Source of the DNA: Hydrolagus colliei
Lineage: Eukaryota
Reading direction: 5' to 3'
NCBI GenBank assembly: GCA_035084275.1
Contig: CM068754.1
Location: 15,748,001 to 15,812,000, forward strand
DNA: 64,000 nucleotides
This document shows positions 56,944 to 64,000 of this stretch, piece by piece. Under the pieces are notes generated by a model. The model was given only the letters and a program-made list of their open reading frames with translations. It was not told the origin of the DNA and searched no databases. How positions within the stretch are numbered: position 1 is the stretch's first letter; every line of letters begins with the position of its first letter. Both the position numbers and the translations under genes were made by a program.

Positions 56944-59900
56944 TTAACAAGGAGAGGAAGAGAGAGAGACTTGCGTTAATTTATTTTAAGACTAAATATA
57001 GTATAATTGTTACATTCCCTCTTCCTGGCACCCCACCCCACAAACATATACCCACTTTGTCCATTAGCATGCTGCATTTCTTCAGGCATCAGCGTAGATA
57101 TAGTGGTATAGCCACATTCACTGCATACAAAACATTTGAACACCATTTCTGAGGTGGGTTTTAAGGCTGTTGAAAAAATGGGAGAGAGCAGCCACTATGG
57201 GGATTCCTGGTCCATAAGAACCAGATATAAGTAGAAACAAAGAAAATCACTGTGGCTGATGTGTTACATAGTCTCTGTAAAGTACTTTGAACTGTATTGC
57301 CATCCAACTTAATACTAGAACAATCCTTGCATTTGTCATAGTGCTTTTCATGTCTTCTGGACGTCTCAAAAGCGCTTCACAGATTATACTGTATATTTGC
57401 GGGCGAAATGTGGCAGTCAATTGCGCACAGCGGTTAACTTAACTCCACTGGCAACTGTACATTCACTATTCACAACATCGTTACTCAGTGTGTAACAGTG
57501 CAACACAAGCGTAAACTGCACTGCAACAAGTAGGGACCGGTTCAAAAATTCATTAACAGGCGTAAAATTATTACCTGATAAGCGGGCACAGCCTAAGTGG
57601 CATTCAAAGGGAGGTTTCAGATTGTTAGCAATAGTAGCACAAGTTTAAAAGCAGATTTTGGCTACTTGTTATATAAACATATTAATTTTTTTATTAAAAA
57701 AGTACAACTAAGTTTTTTTTCCAAAAAATTGTGGGCTCAAAGGATTTAATTGTTAAATCCTTGGATGGGATGACTTTTATATCAAACTAGATTAAACTGA
57801 CGGTGCCCAGTACCAAAATACAGTCAGTTAAAATTTTCATCTCGACCGACCACTTAAAATGGCTAGGTGTGCTTTATTTAGCCAGTGTACTGCGGGAATT
57901 GCTTCTTTTTTTTGGAAAAAAAAATCAGCCCAAAAATATGAAATTAAAATCAACTGATAAATGTGAAAATTTCAATTAACAAAAACTTTTAATAAAGTTT
58001 GCTGGGGATTACCTGGTATAAATGTAGGTACAGCCAAGTGTGAAGAATTATAAAATACAAATTTTACACATTAGCAACTTTTAATACATTTCAGGATTAT
58101 GGCCTCAAGCGGCTTGCGCGCAGTCGGTCGATTACACAAAAATTTGCGACGCATCAAGAATCAACCTTTCCCAGCTTGTTGTTTTTACCCCCACATTAGA
58201 CTATCATTTTATTATACCATTCATCAGAATAAAAGTCAATCTGAAGCAGCAAGACTTGATGAAGGTTCACATTAGTATTTATTATTATTAATAACCAGGG
58301 GAGAGACTAGCCTTTTGGCTAGTGGTCAGTTGCTCAGCCAGAAGTCATCGAAAGATCATATCACGCTGTGTGGATTTCAAGAAATCTACTTGAGTATGCA
58401 CCAAAATCAACTGGCCAATCCTCTAGATATCACTCTTTTTTAAAAAAAAACAGTCTCAACTGATCAGCAGAGATCCACAGAGGTCAATTTGCTGCTTTAT
58501 GTCAGAGGGCAGAGACTAAAATGAGTATCTTTCTTTCTGTACCCTAGCCAACAATTGCCCAAATAAAGCTGGTCACTCGCTTCATGGCTTGAACCCACAA
58601 CGTTCTACCCCGGAACTAATAATAATCCATCCCCCAAAAAACCATAATAATAAAATTGGTCATTTAAATCCACGACTGTTTGTGGGACGTTGCTGTGTGC
58701 GATTGGCTGCCGCAGTCAATTCACTTTACACCGTATTCTGCGAAGCGCTTTGAGATGTCTAGAAGATGTGAAAAGCGCTGTAACAAAATGCGATGATGAT
58801 GATGATGATTATTATTAATATTAAGAGTGCTACCAACTGTGAGCCAAGTGGGACACTGAAGCAACTCCCAATTTACTTGGACGGAGTTAATAGAGAAAGG
58901 TTTGCATGTACAGAAGTCAGAAATAATGGGTTCCTTGTTGGTGCTCTCAAATCAAAGCTGCAGCTGCTGAACGCGGAACAGCAGCGAGTAAAACACATCT
59001 GGACCATCATACTCTTGGCTAACACCCAAAATGGCAGAACCAGAATGAAAAACTATTGTGTGAAGAAAAATATTTTAACATGTAGCAAAAAATATCAACC
59101 CCCCCACCAACCCCATTACATGACTAGATATGGCTGATGACTGTGTAACAGAACCGCTCAGGTTTCCTTAAGTGGACAAGCGCAGACACGCAACCGATGT
59201 TAACAGTCGCTGGACTGCTCGGTAAAGTACTTCCAACTCACAGAGGACCTGCAGCAACACGCGTTGCATCAACTGAACAGAGCTGCTTAAGTCAACAAGG
59301 GCGACACATAAAGGCACCGCATCTCAATTCTAAGGAAGTACAGTAACTAGTTCTCCATTGGAAACATGCCGACATCAACCAACAGACAACAGGCTGACAA
59401 GAGGATTCTTTTTTTCCATTTGATTAGAATCTCAAGTCTAGACTGGTAATCCAGAGCAGTGTTGGGTGAGTGCAAAGAGAGAGAGAGAGAAATAGCTGTA
59501 TTGTTGGTGGCATCATTTTTTAGATGAGAGTTAAACAAAGATGCAGTTTGTGCCTGCTCAGGTGAACCCTAAAGATACTGTGGGTGGGTGAAGGGGGGGG
59601 GGGAGATGGCAAAAGATATCAATTGATTTAGCTTCACAAGACAGTCACTTCATACAGATGTCTGGTTGAAAACAGGAAACGAAAAGCAAAGCTATTTTTA
59701 TTTTTTTAACATCTCTTCAGCTGGTGTCCCGAGGTGGGAGGGCGGCAATGCAAGGTAGGTGAGAAACTAATACACATGCACATAATGAAAGGCTGCACCA
59801 CCCCCACAATCACTCTTTACGTATCAGCGTTCACATAGTATGTCTTGGGAATGCTTTGCATTGACAGGGATCCAAGACATCCTACTTGAGTATGAGTTCG

Positions 59901-62900
59901 GGGACAGAGAGGAAATCTACAGAACTTTGGCATAGTTGTCAACAGAATAAGGCATACAACAGATGCCGTGATGTCCTCCCGACGTGAAAGGCGCTCTCTA
60001 AATATAATTGTGTTGTGGTTGTTGCTGCTGCACTGTGACACCTTTAACTGAAGCACCTTTAAACAAAAGATGAAGATTTTCATCATAGTAATAATTCTGG
60101 CATTTGATATAGCCGCCGCATTAGCTTCAGATCATTCTGCTCAGAACAAAAAACGTCTACAGAAGCTAGGCCAACGCCATAAACCTTGGACACCTTCCAT
60201 TGCTCAACTGCAGTTCCTTCTTCAAGCCACGTCAAAACAGATTTCCAAATACAGCTGAGCAAGGAGTGAGAAAGGGGAATGGTCCATTTGCTTACTGCTG
60301 GAAAATTAAATGAGAGACTGGGCCAACTGATTAAACCCCAACATTGTATAGGCTTTGAATGATTAACCCAAACTATGTTCCAAGTCTTACACAACCAACT
60401 TCATTGGTGAAGTTGATTGAGCGCATAGCAGTCAAATGTTAAGAAGACCAAGGCCCTCCCGTTTGGCTCGCGCCAACACCTTCACACATCAGGCGCTGGC
60501 AGCATCAACCTCCATGGTTGCACACTCCAGCTCACCAAGCCAGTCAGGAGCCTAGGTGTCCTGTTCTATCCTCGACTGTCTTTCCTCCCCCTACATCCGA
60601 GCCATGACCAAGCCTCTTCTATGATGGTCCCATTGGTCACCCCAAATCCCCTCCTTTACCCTGCACTCTCCCCAATCCTGACCCCAGTTCGGGTCTGAAA
60701 CATTGACTGTCCAGTGCCTCGGAATGTCCTCCTGACGTGACAGGCACTATACACATGTAAATTTTCTTGTTGTTAAGAGCCTGGAGACTAAATGAGATCA
60801 ATAAAGAAAAACCTGATTGAGTGATTGAGGAGTTAATCCTGTTGAGTTCGTGTTCGCTCCCTCCCCCCCCCCCAAAAAAAAACTTTCCCCCCCACCCCGA
60901 CAGCTCAACCTAGCTAACGAGTGATCACATACTTAGTCCCTATGATTAATAGTCCTCATTGGTGCAGTGTAAAGCAATGTGAGAGTCCTGGGCCATTGCT
61001 GGTGAGAAACAACCATAATCTACTCCCAGGAAGAAACCTTCGACTGTGATAAAACTTTGCCCCCTTGCCCCCCCCCCCCCCCCCCCGATACAGTTGATAC
61101 TTCAGTCACAGGGCGGTGGTCAGAGTCAAAAGGACAGGGACGCAATGGGGTGGAGGGTTGATTGACGAGAAGCCTAATTTCTGCAGAGTCACCGCTGTGG
61201 TTTTTAATAGGACAAACAGGCCAATTCCTGTACGCTTTCACACGAGCAACCTCCTGCCTGCACAGAAGTTGAGGCCTTTAGAAACAGCAAAGAGGGAGGG
61301 TGCCTTTGTGGTACACATCCAAGCTAAATGCAACAACTGCAAGGCATGCATTTTTTTTTAAAACAACCCAAAGTAAAAGTTCAGTTCCATTCTGTACAAA
61401 GTCTAGCGTTCACGAGCTGCCACTTGACCTGCCTTTGTTTTTTTTATTGAAAAAAACTTCTAATACAGTACTTCCACTAGATCCTAACAGTAGACTGTCA
61501 AGTGATTCCTTCTCTCTCTCTCCGTTTCTCTGAAATTCAAGTCACTGCAAAGAAATTGTGCATCCAGCCATTTGGATCAGGTCCACTGCAACCACAAAAA
61601 AAGGTTCGCCACACACACCTCCCCATTGCCCCTTCCAAGTGCAAAAGTACAATTCTTCGTTACCCACCTCCACCCCCCCCCCAGTACTGTATCTTAAAAG
61701 TAGCGTTTTGCGGGAGCTATCTTTGTGAAGGTATGTTTAACTTTGAAATCATAAGGAAATGTGAAGAGCAACACTCGCAGGTTATAAGAGATATTTGGAG
61801 TCACTAATAATTCCCCTTCACCACAGTGGAACTGAAGGGGAATTCCATACAGTATTAATTTTTCATTAGTTCTAAGTGAGGGTTGTGGGGGCTATTTTAA
61901 ATGCGAGCGCACGAGTTTCCCCAGAGATCTGGGCGGGGGGGGGGGGAGAAAAAAACAACACACGCCATTACAGATCTCAATTCAAAAAACACTTCCGCCT
62001 ATCAGAATATCTGTATATATTTAAAAGCACACACGCACCACACTCATGTACAGTAGTAAAATGGGAGAAAGAAAATCAAACAGGGAGAACGATTTGATGC
62101 GTCAAGGTACAGATTCAGAATGGACAAGGCTGAACCCATTTCTTTACACACTTTTAATTAACGGGCGGAACCGGTTACCAGGAAGGGTGATCAAGGCTAG
62201 GACACCGATTATAGAGGCAGCTGAAGTGGGAATTCAATGGGGGTGGATATTCTGGAGGGATGACCTGTGTAAATCTGTGATCGCACGAGTGTTATGGTGT
62301 AGCAGGCAAGGCATAGATTACAAAACAAACCTTTCCCAAACAATAGGTAAGAGCAAGAATTTACTGAGCCTCGAGGCACAAGACTGAATAAAAGCACTTA
62401 CCAGCGGAGATTTGATTTGCCCACAAAATATCCAGTCAATTAACTTGACGGTACACTCTGTGAAGCGCTTTGGGACGTGATTAGGCGCTGTATCGCACGC
62501 AAGGCTCATGATATTTATTACAGATAAGTCGTACTCTACATTTTCGTGGGCAATTTACAATCTTTGCACACGCAGGCATCAAAATTTCAATCATTCAGAG
62601 TATACTTTAAAACAAGATGCAATGCGAGAACTCTGCATTTCCTATCAAGTTCTCTCAACACACGCAGATTGTTTTTTTTGTGTGCAAGGCAGTGCAGCTA
62701 GCAATAACATGGATGCGATAGGCTAGATGCCTGGCCCCACCTGTCGAAATACTCTTTATAAATCCAAAGTATTATCCAAAAAATTGCCAACACTTACAGA
62801 CATTTGGTGGTTTCCTTACTACAGGTTAAACTCCAGAACCAGCCCTGCAAGCAAGGAAGCAAGAGCCTCTACCAGGTCACATGAAAAGGCTTGCAATTTT

Positions 62901-64000
62901 TGTGAGGATTACATTCAATTAAGCCATTCCCCCATTTTGGTGTTGTTAAAGGAGTCATTCATGCCTCTAAATCTAACCTTAGTGGAAGTGGATTCAACCG
63001 GGTCCAGATTACTAGACAGTAGCCGACTTTACCACGCCGCTAGAATTCAACCATCTCAAGTTTGACTCATTTTTATTTAAGTCAGGTGAACCTCAGGTTG
63101 CAGCGAAGTGAAAGTTGTTCAGCTCCAAAACAGGACCCCCCCCCCCCCCCACCCACCGAGACCCGGTTGACCATAAAATGGCAGAATAAAGTGAAGCAAA
63201 CCACAATAAAGTCTGTCGCGCACTTTAATTGATGACTTCAGAAGTGGAATAAGCTTGACGAGCAAGACAGAGGAACTAATGAAGGTCAAAAGGAACCAAA
63301 ATTTAATGTGTGTGTGTATGTATGTGGTCAGCTGAATGGATAGAGCTTGATAGCTTCTACCATACACTGAAAGTTAACAGAACTTGTCCCATTGCACGAA
63401 CCAGTCGCAACCAAAACGAACACAACACGGCTGCGTACAGTGAGCGGGTGGGGTGGGAGGTCAAACATTGGGAGGCCCACCACAGAAACCATTGTGCCCC
63501 ACTTCCTCTCATTCACAGGTAGAGAAGGAAGTCAGTGGATTCCGTTGGACCAAAATAAAACACGAGTGAATGTGTAACCAGGGTTTTTCTTCTTGTTTTT
63601 TTTTAAAAAAAAGCACACACACACAACAAAAGTTTAACTGGTTAAATAAAACTGTAGAATTATTTTCGCTTTGGCAGATTTTACGGAGCTGCCTCTTAAT
63701 ATGACCTCAACCCTCCCTCTCCGTTATACGCAAGGTGTCCTGAGCTCCCACAGTTGACATTAGCAGAAGAATAACCCCCCCCCCACATCGAGCTCCTCTG
63801 CTGTCAAGCTCTCGGGAACGCGACCCTGGGTGAGGAGCGCTATACAAACGCAAGTTGTTGTTGGGACAGTTACCCTTGTGTTAAATAATGGCTCGGTTTC
63901 TAGCCCGCCAGCCAGGACGCTGCTAAATGTTACTTCCTGTGTACCAGGTGGCAGGAAGAGCAAGACTAATGCTATTTCCTGCGCTCTGCGCATGTGCAAT

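Noticed and set aside
59922-59933. ATG CCA AAG (MPK) on the minus strand as the missing first moesin exon
   Set aside because: There is no GT donor after 12 nt in phase 0; the sequence continues TTC TGT AGA.

Overview
Vertebrate genomic DNA. The SINE/LINE2/CR1/Penelope repeat set and compact introns suggest a cartilaginous fish, probably a chimaera such as Callorhinchus (inference). I reconstructed three spliced genes by hand, and all intron phases are consistent. (1) On +, a 14-exon PH-RA-RhoGAP gene of the ARHGAP20/TAGAP family (1748-18443, 1112 aa from the first Met). (2) On -, a 4-exon FDX1-type mitochondrial [2Fe-2S] ferredoxin (29549-23923, 182 aa). (3) On -, an ERM gene (56940-39304; the short first coding exon is not in the window) whose diagnostic residues are moesin-like rather than radixin-like. 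The main point of interest is that this ERM-FDX1-ARHGAP20 triad mirrors the human RDX-FDX1-ARHGAP20 locus but is built around moesin. It therefore looks like a retained whole-genome-duplication sister block, with a second ferredoxin (perfect SF-1 site upstream) and an ARHGAP20-like GAP carrying a TAGAP-like tail. Other features: a ~600 bp foldback element with ~215 bp inverted arms, three TA-flanked Tigger-like MITEs, many tRNA-Ala-derived SINEs with LINE2-type tails, and a cluster of miRNA 8-mer sites between two polyA signals in the moesin 3' UTR. Most short ORFs in the supplied track are spurious or repeat-derived. Comparisons to human proteins and loci are from memory, not from a search.
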